Shown: piece by piece, positions 17,977 to 31,501 of the stretch
How the letters are laid out: each line of letters opens with the position of its first letter
Numbering within the stretch: position 1 is the first letter of the stretch
Origin: Cercozoa sp. M6MM
Lineage: Eukaryota; Protista; Endomyxa: Ascetosporea
Reading direction: 5' to 3' (one strand)
DNA length: 64,000 nucleotides
Assembly (NCBI GenBank): GCA_040357565.1
Contig: JBDODJ010000037.1
Notes under the pieces: model-generated
The model's input: only the letters and a program-made list of their open reading frames with translations
What the model was told of the DNA's origin: nothing
Databases searched by the model: none
Made by a program: the position numbers and the translations under genes

Positions 17977-18289
17977 TGATAGTTGCTGCGCAAGCTGCTG
18001 GCACTGCATCCGCGACGACGAATGTCGGCTCGAGAGGCGCTGCAACACGCGTTTTTCAAGCGGGTTCTCTCCCATTCAGGCTCCCTCCACTCTCTATAGC
18101 CACACATGTCTTGTGTTTTTCTGAAAGCAGGGACCTGCAAAAAAGCCACCTTTGGAGATCCTGTACCTTGCCCTGCCCTTACCCTACATATCTATATGGT
18201 TGTGAAATGTGAATGCCGTGTTACATGATTATGCTTATAGCGAGAAGCTTGCCCCGTCGTTTGAAGCCACCTTTAGCAACGAACGTTAG
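15554..18289 (+). CDS. Cyclin-dependent kinase of the CDK9/10/11/12 group (PVTSVRE helix), multi-exon
   Basis: KIGQGTYGSVF; VAIKQLHLEREKEGFPVTSVREIALL; FEKCDHDLRGL; LHRDVKSANIL; LADLGLAR; TPNVVTLWYRAPELLL; IDIWSAGCVFAEM; LLALHPRRRMSAREALQHAFF. Confidence 0.9.
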
Positions 18290-19860
18290 TAAGCTCAATG
18301 TCGCATTTGCCCAAGCGTCACCCTCACCGAGTGGCACCCTCACCAAACGCGGAAACTGGACGTGGGTGATTTGGCTGCTAGGCCGATGGGAGATACAAAA
18401 TGTCGGTACTCTCACTACGACTAGTCCGGTCGCCTTGTGGCAGCCGATGATTCCTTTCAGTTGCTTTAATGCTGTTACCCTCTTAACGTAAGCATAAGTG
18501 TTGTTACGAAATGGTATTTTCCATCCGGCCCGTCAGATCTGTCTGAGTTCTGGTGCTTCGCGCGGAAGAAAGCTATTCAATAAGCACTTTGAGAAGTGTG
18601 GTGTATTGTGTTTGTCTGGTATCCTGACCTCTCCGAGAGCGTTGCTAACCTCCTTACCCTGTGCTTGGTAGACTGACCTCGAAAGAGCAAGATTTTGCTC
18701 CTTTCCTGAAAAGGCTCTCTACTCACCAGGTAAAGCACCTCTCCAGGCTCCAGCCCTTGCACTCTCACGGAATCCCTTGTTGCTGTCTTCCCAGCACAGA
18801 GAGCCTTTCTTTTTCTCCTTTACGTCCCTCCTTCTCCTTCCTTCCTTCTTCTGACTACCGGGCCTCTCATCCTTCCCGACCAGTCTACTTCCTGTACTTT
18901 GCCGACCCTATCTTGGGGTAACTACCTCTGAACTGACTACGTCTACTGACTCAATTCTTCTTCACATCGATTCCATTTGTTTCTTTAGTCTTTTTCCTGG
19001 CATAGTACTCTTTTGCACTACCAAAGCCTCAATTTCTGAAAGGCTGCGGTAACAGTGTAATACTTCGTTGGTCAGTGGAAAGAACTAAATCAAAGTACGT
19101 GATAAATTAGACGAAGCGAAGGATTAAATGATTCAGTTTGAAGAAGCGAAGTGAAGCATTACCCCAACTGAGTTCTTGCGTCTAGCTAGACGGGGAACCC
19201 CCTTACCCCGTTATAGCCCCTTTACCCCTAACCTCTCTTTAATTCTGATTTTGCCTCGAAAAACCTCGCCATACCCCTGCTCGGGTTCATCCCCGCCATA
19301 ATCTGAGTCAGTCTGTAACACAATAGTCACGGTCTGGGGCGGCAATGACCTGCCTCACGATTGGATTAATTGGACTAAAAAGACCGGTAACATTCACGAG
19401 CAACGGGAGAATAATGAATCAACTACTAAAACAGGCATGCGACGCGCGTTACCGCGCTCCCACCAGGGTCAGACACACACACACGCGCGCACACACAACG
19501 TCACCGGGGCTCAAGCGATCGCTTAATAATCTACAAAAAAGGGAAATAAGCAGGACACGAAAAAAACTGGGGAGGGAACAACTTGGTGGAACAAAGAAGC
19601 TTAAACATACAGAACGGAGATGCGAGCATCCAGCAAACGAAACAGTGATGGAGCACGGAGCAGTGAGAACGTGCGTAAGAACAGGAAGGAAACGAGAACG
19701 TGCGACACATGGAAACTTCACTCGTAAGGACTCTTTGTTTTGGTTTTGTTGCATCGCATGCGACGCATATATGTTGTGGTTTTGTTTGGCGTTTTTTTCA
19801 AAGGTAGAGGTTTGTGTGTATGTGTCAGTGCAGTAGGCGTGCTCTCGCTCCATCTTTCGA

Positions 19861-21345
19861 TTATGTGAGGAGCGCCGTGATCGCGTCCGGCGTGCTACAC
19901 AAGGTTTATGTAATTAAGAGTCCCTGTGTGTGTGCGTGTGTGTGTGTGTGTGTATACCTCTCGTCGTTGAAGTGCATGGACGAGAAACGCAGCGCGTTCA
20001 CGAGCGGGTCAATGTCGTTCTGCTGGCCCGGGAAGTCGCGCGGGAAGTCGCGCGTCAGCAGCACGGCCGCCGGTCGCATGAACACGGGCGAGCGCTTAAG
20101 GAAGGCGCCCTCCGGCTCGACGTGATCGTACAGCACGATGGCGCCCGTCATGGCGCGGATGGCCAGCATGTTCAGCGGCGACTCAACCGGGAACTTCTTG
20201 TGTCGCGCCAACATCAGGCACGAGTTGGCGAACGTCGCGATCTGACACACATATACGCATCACACATCACACACACACACACCCCACAAATAGAAGCTAC
20301 ACACAGGCACACACACACGCACGAGACCCCAGACCGAAGGCAAACAGTACTGACTGAGTGAGGGCCTCGTCGTCCTTGAAGACGTTCTTGCAGGCCTTGC
20401 TGACGCACGTCATCATCGGGATGTGCGCGGCCAGGAAGAGCGAAATAAAGGAGGCGTCGTCGTCACGCACCACGAGGTCCGGGTCGTGCGCGTGCTTGTT
20501 GAGCGCACGGCGGTAGAAGGCAAAGTCGTTCTGCAGGCCGGGCTTCTTGAGCTTCTCCGTGTCGAACTTGAGAATGAAGTCGAGCACCTCGCACAGCTTG
20601 CGCGAGAAGGCGGCATCGGCCACAAGCGGCGCCTGGCCATTCTTGCTGATGCCGGCCACAACCTGGAACGCCTTGGGCACCAGCTGCTCGAGCTCCTTCG
20701 AGAAGCGCCAGAAGCCCGCGATAATCTCGGCATTCTGCGTCACCTCCACAAAGGCTTTCTGCTCGTTCGCCTCGTTCGGCTTGCTCATAGCAGCGCGCAC
20801 GACGTCCTGCTTCGACTCGTACATCTGCAGCTGCTCAAGGATACCCGGCACGCGCGCCAGAAGCTCCGTCATTTGCTGATACACCTCCGACGCATCATCG
20901 CTCTGCGGTTGGCCATTCTCAAAGGCCTCCACTGCGACACCACAGAAATATCGAGCCGATAAATATTGATTGATGATCCTCCCGCAAGCAAAAGCAAAGA
21001 ACACACACAGAAACCGCCCAACACGATCAAACACAATCAAAGCAAGAGTGGAAACGGAAGAGTCACATACGCCAGCATATGTTACAACACAAACACACAA
21101 CAACGCAAAGCGCGAAAACAACGGCGATCAGAAAAACCTCAAAACGAAACGCCAAAAGGCGCAGCACACAAAACACTGCCCAGGCGTGCACACGCACTCT
21201 GCTGTGGTGCTGCCACATCTGCGAGTGCCAGCGTGGACACAGGCCACGTGGACGCGTGGCCCAAACGAGAAGCAGGAGGCACAAACGAACCATCAAAGCC
21301 GTCGACGAGCTCGACGCCCTTGTTCCGTGACAGGAGACCACCCAT
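19861..21345 (-). CDS. CYRI: CYFIP-related Rac1 interactor (CYRI/FAM49, DUF1394), 4 exons
   Basis: N-terminus MGGLLS (myristoylation-type Gly2). LDFILKFDTEKLKKPGLQNDFAFYRR; ISLFLAAHIPMM; RAMTGAIVLYDHVEPEGAF; LVNALRFSSMHFNDESTP. Confidence 0.92.
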
Positions 21346-21526
21346 GCTCCACTAAGACAAGGCTTGTGCGTGCTGCGTGTGTTTCTGTGCTGTGATTACT
21401 CATGAGCTGAGTGGGGCTCGTTTTCGTCCTTTTGTTTCTGATTGAAGCACTGTTGGCTCAGAGCCCATACATGAGTTGAGCATCACGCCCTGTCGCTCAG
21501 TGCAGTGCAATGTTGTGCTTGCAGTG

Positions 21527-22251
21527 ATGCACAGATTTTTGGCTCGGTGTGGACCTCTAACATTGCAGCGGAGGCTGCCAGGCGCTAGATCCATGTTTTT
21601 GGATGATCGCCTGTTGCCGCCGGACATGCGAGATAGCTACATCAACGGCACGTGCCGCCAGGGTATCGTAGTGAGAGGGCATATATTCCCGCAATCGGTG
21701 CTCGTGCATCGCGATGGCGTGCTGCACTGGGCTGCACGTGGTTGGGCGGACCTGTCGCCCGAGTCACTGGCTGTGCTGCCGCTGCTGCACCCGCACGTCG
21801 ACCTGCTGCTCATCGGCAGTGCCAGCACGGCGTCCTGCACTGGTGAATCGAACTTTTTTGCTTGTCATGACGGTGTCCCTATTGGTGTTGTTCCTGTTGA
21901 TGGTGTGTGCAAGTGCAGGTCACACGTACTTCCTGCCCGCTGTGCTGAAGCAGTGGCTGCGAGAGCATTGCATCCACGTGGAAGTGCTTACGCCACAGCT
22001 GGCGGCCTCGCAGTTCAATACGCTGCTCAGTGAGGGCCGCAGCGTCGTTGCCGCCATGCTCGCCGAAAACTTGACTGACGAAGACGACACCGTGCCGCCG
22101 AGGGGTAAACCCACCTTCCTGACCCCTTCCCCGTGTGCATGCTCTGCCTGTAGGAGTCAACACGCGAGTGGACGACGACACGGTGTCCAGATCACTACAC
22201 GCAGGCCGCGACGTGCTCGACTTTGGTCCGGCACCGCCGCACAAACGGTGA
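21527..22251 (+). CDS. NDUFAF3: Mth938-domain protein / complex I assembly factor NDUFAF3-like, 3 exons
   Basis: Arg-rich presequence-like N-terminus. WADLSPESLAVLPLLHPHVDLLLIG; IHVEVLTPQLAASQFNTLLSEGRSVVAAML. Confidence 0.8.
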
Positions 22252-22651
22252 CGTACCCGCACCAACATTACATTCAATTCAGTTGTTTTTGGTTCCGTTC
22301 GAAGTTAACGCGACTTCAGTGCACGCACAGCGCTATAAGACGTTTCCGTTTCAGTCAGTTAATGATGGTCGATCTCGACTATTCTCACTTCAGGCTGTCG
22401 TCGAACCAAGTTGAAGTTTGGTGCTTAGAGGCTCTGTTGGAAAGGTGTGCTATTTGCAAACACTGATCCTGTCGGGACACTGTAAGACTCTACATCCACT
22501 CGGCGGTTTGTCGTAGCGTAGCAAACAGCGCAGTAACTGAAATTATCGTATACGCGGTTGGTATGCATGTGCTGCGAGCCTGAGGCGCCGTTCAAATCGA
22601 ATTGGCCAATGCAACACGAACTGGCCGAGTTCACGTTGGGTAAACCGGCGC

Positions 22652-25600
22652 CTACTGATCCTGGTGCCGCCGCTGTCGGCGCCGCTCCTCGTCAAAGAGT
22701 TTGTTAAAGCGTCGACGGGCGCGCTGGATGTAGGAGCCGGTCTCCCTTTCTAAGGTGCACACCAGATACACAGCATCGAGACTGGGGACAGTTGGTGCGT
22801 ACCACGAGTGACGGCGTGTTCTTGCAGAGCGGGTGCAGTACCGAGGCCGCCTCTGCCACGTCGCAGCACTCCGAGCATCACCGACTGCTCGGCATCACGC
22901 TTTGCAGATGCGAGTGCCTTCTCGGAAATCTGTGCGGTGCCGTCGACCGTAAAACGAGTGCTAGCAGCAAGCATGTCTTGTTCGTTGCCTAAGAACGAGG
23001 GGGAATACACAGACACAGACAGACACACAGACACACAGACACAGACAGACACACAGACACACAGACACACAGACACACAGACACACACACAGAGGGTAGT
23101 TGATGTCACCTTGCAGCTGGGCGACCTGCCGCGAAATCTCGTGTCGCAGCGCCTTGGTGTACTCGACCTCTTTCTTTGTCTTGCCCTTGTCGGTCTCAGC
23201 CGGTCCCTCCAGAGCACGACACTGCGCACGCAGCTTCTGCACACGCAGCGCCTGTGCCTGTCTCCGCGACTGCACAGACACTCATATACACAAGTGTGAC
23301 GAGGGGAAGGGTCAAGGTACCTGACTGGCCTTGCGCATGGCGAGTACATGAAGGTTGCGCAGGTGCCGCACCGAGTTCTCGCAATGCAATCGCAGTGCTC
23401 GATGTCTGTACAGGCGCACACACGGGGGGGGGGGGGGGCGGGAAGGCAAGGGATAGACGGAAAGGCGCGCGGGTGGGGTACCGGTGGAACTGGCGTCGGC
23501 ACAGACGGCACCTGAGACGAGTGGAGTCAACGTGCGGCAGGTGTCGCTCCTGGCACTCGCGGCGTACCTCGTCGCTGTCGTCGTCGAACTCAGTTTCGTC
23601 AACCTCGCGCTCGTCGCACGCGACGCCGTCCGCCGCTTCGTCGTCTGGTTGGTCGAGCCGTCGCTGCAGTTGCTGCTGTTTCTGCTGTTGTTCCTGCTGC
23701 TGCTGTGCGCCCGTCTTCTGCAGCGTCTTGAGTCCTTTAGTGACACGTCTCACACGCACTGTTGTCTTCTTGTCCTACGAGGGAAAGGGGGTAAAGTCTA
23801 AAAGCACGAAAGAAGAGTGGCTCACATTCTGCTCGTTGTCGCTGTCGTCGTCGGCACCGAGAACGATTCGCTTCATTTTGTTCTTCTGCCGAGCGGGGGG
23901 GGGGGGGTAAGAAGGGTAGAGGAGGTCAGCACGAACTCTACCTTCTTGTTGGAAGGTTTGGTGAGACGCACGCCCGTGCCGCCCAGCAGCAGCGTCGACG
24001 GTTTCTGCGCCAACGCTTTCTTCTTCTTGCGTTTCACGAGTGCCGGTTCCTCCGCGTCTAGGGCGACACTTGTGGTACTGCCCATTGAGACTGCACAGCG
24101 AGCGCACATAGTTAGTCACAAAACAGTGGGCATACGAAAAGACATGGACACACAGACACACAGACACACAGACACAGACACACGAAGGAACCACTGTGTG
24201 CGACAGAGTGTGAGGCAGCGGAGGCAACAGAGACAGCAGAGACAGCAGCGGCAGCGACGGCAGGGGCAGAGACAGCGACGGCGTTACCACCGGCAGCATC
24301 AGCAGTCACGTCGACGGCATCGACTGCCTCATACTGCTGCCGCGCGCGGTCAAACCGATACAGTGCGTTGCTTTGCATGTGCCTGCGCAATCGTACCACA
24401 AACACAGTCACTCGGACACCGAGATGCGCTAGACACACTCACTGTGCCAGGGGTAGATGAAAGTGGGGCCCACCGGAAGAGCTGTGTCGTGGCGTCGAAC
24501 TCGTAACCCGTGCTGGCACAACGGAACAGCGTACGACTACCAGGCACTGGTTGGAAGCCCTGGCCATCATCACATAGACATGGTGCAACAGTACAGGGTA
24601 GTTGTGGGAAAGGCATCGTCGCAGGTACCTGTGGCAAGGCAGCGAGCTGTCGCTGAAAGGCGTGCAGGGTCTGCTGCTTCTCAATCAGCGCGCGCACGGT
24701 GTCACGAGCCAGGAAGAAGGGCACTGTCGCCTCTCCGGCTTGCACTCGCACCTCTTGACCATCCACATCTAATCGAGGGCTACGCAAGTACATATACACA
24801 TAGGGGGATATCAAGAGTATGACACTGGATGGGTGGAGGAGGCTACCGACGAAGAACACGCTCGCACTCGGCGTGATTGCGCAGCTGCACAATGGTGACG
24901 CCTGGCGGCACACGGAGCACCTCGCGCAGCGACATCTGATCGTTGCGGAACCTGTCGCCCGTGCCTGAGGAGGTAACAACAAGGTAAGGTAAGGGGTGGG
25001 GGGAAAAGCGCGGTGGGGGCAAAGCGCGGCGGGGGGCAAAACGCGGCGGGGGGCAACAGTAGGGTACCAGCACGGTCAGAGCGCACGCGCTTGTCGGAGT
25101 GTGGCGTTAGAGGCATACGAAGTTGCAGCAACGGTTCTAGCGGTGCCAGTGTTCCCAAGAAACCCTCGTCCGATGACGTCAGAGTAATGTCTGTCTCAAA
25201 ATGTGTGTTGATCATGTCAAATCTCAGAGTTAAACCTGCACGTGACACGGAGAACACTACCATCTTCAGTGACGTCTTTCTTGCCTTGCTCACGCAGTGC
25301 TTTAATCTACGAAAAGCAGATGTAACAGAAGCGAAAAAGAAGTGAAGTGTCCTACCTGTTGAGACACGCGCATGAACACGTCCTGAAGTCGCATGACATC
25401 GACACCTTGCACTCGGAAGAAGGAGACACCGAATGCGAACGGGTCCACACTGATGCGACGCACGTGCACACCTTCCACCGGTGCCAGCGAGTACCGCAGC
25501 TGTTCAATCAGGCAGCAAGAAAAAGAGGTGAAAGCACACAGATTGTCGTCAATGAGTGAAAAGCGGTACCGCATCCACCGGCAGGTCAGTGCAGTGCAGG

Positions 25601-26039
25601 AACAGTGCCGACGACCAGCGGAACTCCTCGTCGATCACGCGATCCCTGCTGCGTGGTCGGGCACTTCTGCCGACAGAGACAGAGGCGTATCACACAACAC
25701 TACACAGCACAGCACCACTCGTGTCTCTTTTGACGCGAGGTGGCTACCGAGAGCGGCGACGTCGACGGTGCCTGCTGCGGCTACGAGTGCGACTGCGACT
25801 CCGGCTGTACCGACGACGGTGCCTACTGCGACTACGGCTGCGACTGCGCGATCGCGAGCGACGCGATCTTGAACGCGAAAACGAGCGCGAGCGATGTCTT
25901 GGACGCGAGCGAGACCTGCAAGAAACACTCATACCCACTCGCATTTGAGCCAGACACCCCCCCCCCCACTTCGTACTTACCGTGAGTGTGAACGCGAGCG
26001 ACGCCGACGCGACCGCGATCTCGAGCGAAAGCGGCCCAT
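22652..26039 (-). CDS. RBM5/RBM10-like splicing regulator (RS domain, RRM-like regions, OCRE, C2H2 zinc finger, degenerate G-patch)
   Basis: Long N-terminal RS repeat. OCRE-like STGYEFDATTQLF..LYRFDRARQQYE. Zinc finger LRCRLCRRQF..HRALRLHCENSVRHLRNL. RRGRGGLG, then GSYIQRARRRF near the C-terminus. Domain order matches RBM5/10. Confidence 0.7.
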
Positions 26040-26591
26040 CTTCAACCTCGTATCTGTTGCGGAAAGCGACTGTTTGGACAGCAACGACTCTCACGCACCA
26101 TAATAGTATTTTTGAAATGAGTACGAGCCAGTTCAGCACTAATCCAGCCACGCCAGCGTTATTCGGACAGTCACCACGACTTTGGGCACACGTGAGTGCG
26201 TTCTTTGCTGTTGGAGCTCCGACTTTGTTTTTGTTTTTGTTTTTATTTTTTGAGTTTTGTTCGCCACACATCGATCAATACATGATGCACATAACGTAAT
26301 TATCGAAAACCTGGACACTCAACTACTGTAACTACGATCGTTAGGACCGCGTGATTGCGAGGGTAATTGAACCCTTCACTCCGCTCAAACAACTGAAGTG
26401 AATGCGGGTGAACGTGCACAGCGCAGTGACATCGTCTGCCCATTGCGCGTCGGTCAAAAACGAATATGTACTAGATACAGCAATGAATTCAAGGATCGAG
26501 TTTCATCGCATCATGCGCCTGCTTGTATCACACAATGAATGAACCCAGCAGATGCAACGGTCCAAAGCAACTTGAAGGCCACAGGGTTGTT

Positions 26592-27181
26592 TTACCTTCG
26601 ACTGGCGGCCCGAACGGCGCAGCTGTGACCCAGTCTGGCTTCTTCCTGCTGCTGTTTTGATCGCGCAGCCAGAACCTTGACACCGCGTATGTGCACGTCT
26701 CGTCCATTGAGGTACAGGTCATGCACGGTGAGCCGCAGCATCCGCAACTTGATTCTGCAAGTGAGTCCGATGTGGGTGGGTACAAGCAACATCAGCAACC
26801 GTACCGATCAGGCAGGCGGAACAAGACCCAACCCGTAGGATCGTCTAGCTGCACATGTGCGTGCACGAGTTCGAGCGACTCCTCGTCGGAGCCGCACTCG
26901 ATCGACACGTGCAGTGGCGTGTAGCTCTCGTCCTGCTCGTAGTCACACAGAAAGGCGAGTGCGAGTACCTCGGTGCGCCCAGCGGCCGGTCGAATCTCCA
27001 AGCAGTGCGGTGCCTCGCCGCAACTCTGCCAATACTCTTTCTCGTCACGTGACAGCAGCTGCCGCGTGCCGTAACCTGGCTTGGCTGATGACAGTTCAAT
27101 GACGCACTCGCTGGTGATATCTCTGCCCACCGAGATGGCGCTCCACTCCCGTGCGATAACGTAACCCTCTTCGAACTGCAT
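26592..27181 (-). CDS. ANAPC10: Anaphase-promoting complex subunit 10 (DOC domain), 2 exons
   Basis: LSSAKPGYGTRQLL..EYWQSCGEAPH; DYEQDESYTP; DDPTGWV; LNGRDVHIRGVKV. Confidence 0.9.
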
Positions 27182-27505
27182 CGCTCTTTCGCGGAACCGT
27201 TAAAGCGTAACTTAGTTGACCTACGACAGCCACTTAATTCACAAGAAAAAAAAAACAATGGTTGCATGAAAGCAAACTAATCTGCTGACAATTTGTGAGT
27301 GATCCAAGCTGCTGGAGATACCAGAACAGGCATTAAGTCCAAAAAAGTACTGCACTGGCAGATAAGCACGACTTTCGTTGCACGATTCACTGGAAATATT
27401 ATTGTGAACTTTTTGATAGTTTTGATCAGTCTGTTGTCGTGCGCGCGCGCATTTGAACCACTTGAGAGTGTCTGATACAGCAGTGGCACAGAAGCAGCAC
27501 CCATA

Positions 27506-28930
27506 ATGCAAGGCCTACCCGAAATGTCGCGATGGCGCGATCTGTCTGCGTACCTGCGATTTTTGGGGTGGATTCCTTCACTGAGTACTCTCTATTTGTC
27601 GAACAGCGCGCAGCTGAGCTACATGGCGACAGTTCACATATTTCCATTCTCGTGCATGGGTAATTGCAGGCTTGTCCCATATCTTTCTGTATCCTGAAAA
27701 ATGTGCATGTGCATGTGTTGGACAGGCTTCACCGTCGGTGTAATGCAGCAGTTCAAGTACGCAGCCGAGCGCGACATTAACTTCTTTAGATCGTTGCGCA
27801 AGCTGCCTTTCGTTTTCTTCACTACAATGTACCACAAATGCCATTCATTGTGGAGTGTTGATGTTGAGTCCTGATGTGTACGCTGCAGCCCCTTCACCTT
27901 GTTCGGCGCCGTGAAGGCAGGCCTCCCCATGATGCGTGCCTACAAGTTCGATATGCTGCAAGGGTACATGACGCAACTTTTCTCTTTTAAAAATGTGCTG
28001 ACTGTACACGCGAGGCAGAGAGGAGACACCCAAGATGGCAACCCTGCTCCGCGAGAATCCGTACTTCCAACGCACAGCCTCGTTCCTGCGCAGCATGCCC
28101 TTCGTTGGTACCGCTTTTCGATCCTTAAATCCTTCAACCCTTGAATTCCCGCTTGCTTTGCCTGGTGTAGATGATGTTTTGGCGGACCCGAGATACCCAT
28201 TTGAAAAGCGGTACCTTGCATGTGTATCTGATAATACTGCTGTTTGTGCTGCCGACTTATCTGAGTGTTGGTAGAGAGTCGGACACATTGGCCGCAGTGT
28301 TTTTGGCATGGTGGTCCTGGGCGGTAACACAGGCGCACATCGTGTCCACCTTTGCGCCCTCACGGACCCCCGCTGGTACCCGCCTTTCTCACCTACTGGG
28401 GTGTGTGTGAGTGCCCTTGTGTGCGTGTGTGTATGTGCCCTTGTGCGTGTGTGTGTGTGTGTGTACATGCTCTTGTATGTGCAGTACTGACCGTGATGCG
28501 ACAGACGATGCATTTCCCGTTGTTGTACGTTGCGTCGATCGTATTCTTTGCTCCCTACCTGCGGTCACTCTGGGAAAATTTTGTCGTCGCCGACGAAACC
28601 GACGACATGGTACCTCCCTTTGGTTTTCACTCGCTTCTTACTTTATCCCAACACAGAACGTGCACCACGCCTTGATTCAAGAACGCCTCATCAGCAACGC
28701 CAACGCCGTGCGGCAGACACTCCGCATCGCACAGCACCCGGGTGACGTGCGTGCCCTCAAGGTATCCTATACAGTCTTCACCCTTTGGACTAGTGTCTAT
28801 GAGCCATGTGCATCAGTTCCTGTACAAAACCGACAAGGGTGCAACGTACGACATTCGAGACGCGGAGAAACTTGACGCCTACGAATCCGCCGTGCTGTTC
28901 GAACAGCGACTCGAGGCCGCCACCGAGTAG
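27506..28930 (+). CDS. Hypothetical multi-exon protein with hydrophobic segments
   Basis: Regular GT-AG exon/intron pattern. Exons such as MRQTMHFPLLYVASIVFFAPYLRSLWENF and YDIRDAEKLDAYESAVLFEQRLEAATE*. No family recognised. Confidence 0.45.
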
Positions 28931-29213
28931 ACTGCGCGACTGACGCTGCTCGACCCATGTACCGATCGCAGGCTTCGATATGCACCGGACATTTCGTTCC
29001 TCGAACTCTCGGTTGTCCTTACGTTAAGCTTGGTTTCGTTTTCTGCGGTATGTATGACTCGTATCGGCGCTATCGTATCGGCGAGCGCGCACTGTACTCT
29101 ACGCTAATTGCTCCGCTCAGCGGAGTTCGACGTCATGCGATGAACGGGTCGGGCCGGCACGCCGGCGCATGCATGAGAGGAGAGCGAACTGAATGATACT
29201 AGTTTTATTCATA

Positions 29214-30502
29214 CTACATGTCGCGGGTCGTGTGCGTGGATGTTGCACGTTTGTACCTGCACAAAAAAGCATATACAAGTACATACACCTTTCAAACCCA
29301 CGCATAAAAAGCCGCACATAAAACCCATGCGCAAAGCCACGCATAAATGACTGAGGTACGTGGTCTCCTTGCCGTCGTCGAACTTGGCTGCGACACGTGC
29401 GGCCATGAAGAGCCAGTCACTGCGAGTGCAAACACAATATAAATACAGTGCTTCCAAGGAAATGAACACAAAGTAAGACGTACGACAGGCGGTTGAGGTA
29501 GCGCGTCACAAGCGCGGCGTTCTCACACGTCTGATCACTCTCGATCTCACTCTCGGTATCACTCTCGGTGTCACTCGCGGTGTTTTCGTTGGTGTCGACG
29601 CCTGAGTCATCACGCACAAAAAGGGAGACAGCGCGCCGTTCCGCGCGACGGCACACTGTTCGACACACGTGCAACTGCGCTGCGGTCACACCTGCAGAGA
29701 AATGACGTGAGAGAGGCACACGGGGCACGAGGTACGTTTCACAAGTACCGCCACTGGGTAGAATGAATTCCTTCAACGGCGGCAACACCTGACTACAAAG
29801 GCAATGGTTTGCATGCACCCACAAAACACATGCGCGAAAAACATGCAAACACGAGGGTACTCCCACTGGTCGATATCGTGCTCGAGACGAGCGATGCTGT
29901 CGGCATCGAACGCAACGTTCGCGCGCTTGCGTTCGTTCGTGGTGCTACAATACCAACGGCAAAGGATACATGGGTAGTGGTACAACAAGGAAAGGGCCGA
30001 GAGAAACCTCGGCGTGGCGACAGCGCTGCCTACGTCGATAAGTCGTGACTGCACCTCGGCCAGGCGGTCACTCAACCTTCGTACGAACACACAAGGGCTG
30101 TTATTTGCCTGAGACAAATCAAACGGCTTGTTGGCACTTAGCACCCCTGCAGAGTATCAGTTTCAGCGTGTCGCTGGAGTAGCGTCAAATGCGCACGCGC
30201 CAATCCAACGTTCGAATTTAACTCGTCGACATCGCCAAGCGTCTGCGCAACACACGGTCTCGGTCAGTTGGAGTGCGTGCGAGGTTGGAGGGTGGGTACC
30301 TTAAATACGGCGTCATCCTTGCGCCGGCGTTCGCCCGTGTACAACGAGGAGCGACCTTTATCACCCGTGCGCGTGTAGATCTGTATTCAAACACAGAAAA
30401 ACGTCAACTTTAAAGGACAGTTGCTTGACTTGGCCAGCATACCTTCATTGCAAAAAATCGTCTCTGTGCTGCACCAAACAGCAGATTCCGAGCCAGCAGC
30501 AT
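29214..30502 (-). CDS. MMAB: ATP:cob(I)alamin adenosyltransferase (PduO/MMAB type) with mitochondrial presequence
   Basis: [20 protein letters not shown]|[23 protein letters not shown]; [10 protein letters not shown]; [11 protein letters not shown]; [16 protein letters not shown]; [15 protein letters not shown]. Confidence 0.93.
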
Positions 30503-30794
30503 AAACAAACAAAAAGACTTGGGCGCGCTCAAGTCATTCTTGCCCGGATTCACATCGAATATCGCAATTCCATAAAAGCCAGGAAACAACCGGCACTCAA
30601 TTGGTCCAATAATTTGACTCGTCTTTACTGTACCGTACAAATTTATACTGGACCATACAGCACTAGTGTGAATTGCTGATCCACGAGGTTTAGCGGTTGA
30701 CTTGCACCACGAGCACACCTAAGCTGCTGTTGTTACCAAAAATAATCTTGCACAAGCGATTGAGCCTTCCGCGCGGATACAAGTAGTCGGTGCT

Positions 30795-31446
30795 ATGGAT
30801 CTGCTGAAGTCAATCGGTCACTCGCTCGTGTACGGTGACACGGATGGATCCGACAATCGGTACGACTGGGCTCTGTACCTTCGAGCGCACACATCCGTGC
30901 TTTACCTGTGGTTGTGTAGCACGCTGCACATTGAAGGCCGTGATGTTCGCGTTGTCCGCCAGGTGTGCCAGCCACAGGAGTCAGTGTTGTGTGGTGTTTG
31001 AGCGTGTGTGTTCCTTAGATTGGTGAAGGCGGTTTCAGTTTCGTCTACGAAGCGCGCGATCACAACAATGTTGCCTACGCGCTCAAGAAGACTCTGGTAC
31101 AGCAATGTGCCTGTGCAGACACATAGTTTGCGTACACGTGATATGTAGGCACAAGATGCCGATGCCAGAAGACTCGCGGCACAGGTACGAGTGTCCACAA
31201 AACGTGTGTGCATATTTGTGCATGGGCGCCGTGCAATGTGCAGGAAATCGACGCGATGCGCGCTGTGGCCAGCACTTCTGCCGGCGCTCGTCACTGCGTG
31301 TACTCCTTCTCCTTCTGTGTATGTGCGTGTGTGTGTGTGTGTTTCTTTCACCTGCTTTGCCATCGCAGTCGCTTCTACGGTGCCGCATCGAAGCGTTCGC
31401 CCGATGGTCGTTGCACTGAGTACTGGTACGACTCCCCTGTACGTGT

Positions 31447-31501
<55 letters not shown>

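Noticed and set aside
20423-20962. Long antisense ORFs over CYRI (likewise over IDI1 and RPL24, e.g. 60509-61120)
   Set aside because: Expected by-product of strong C/G third-position bias in highly expressed genes; no independent coding signal.
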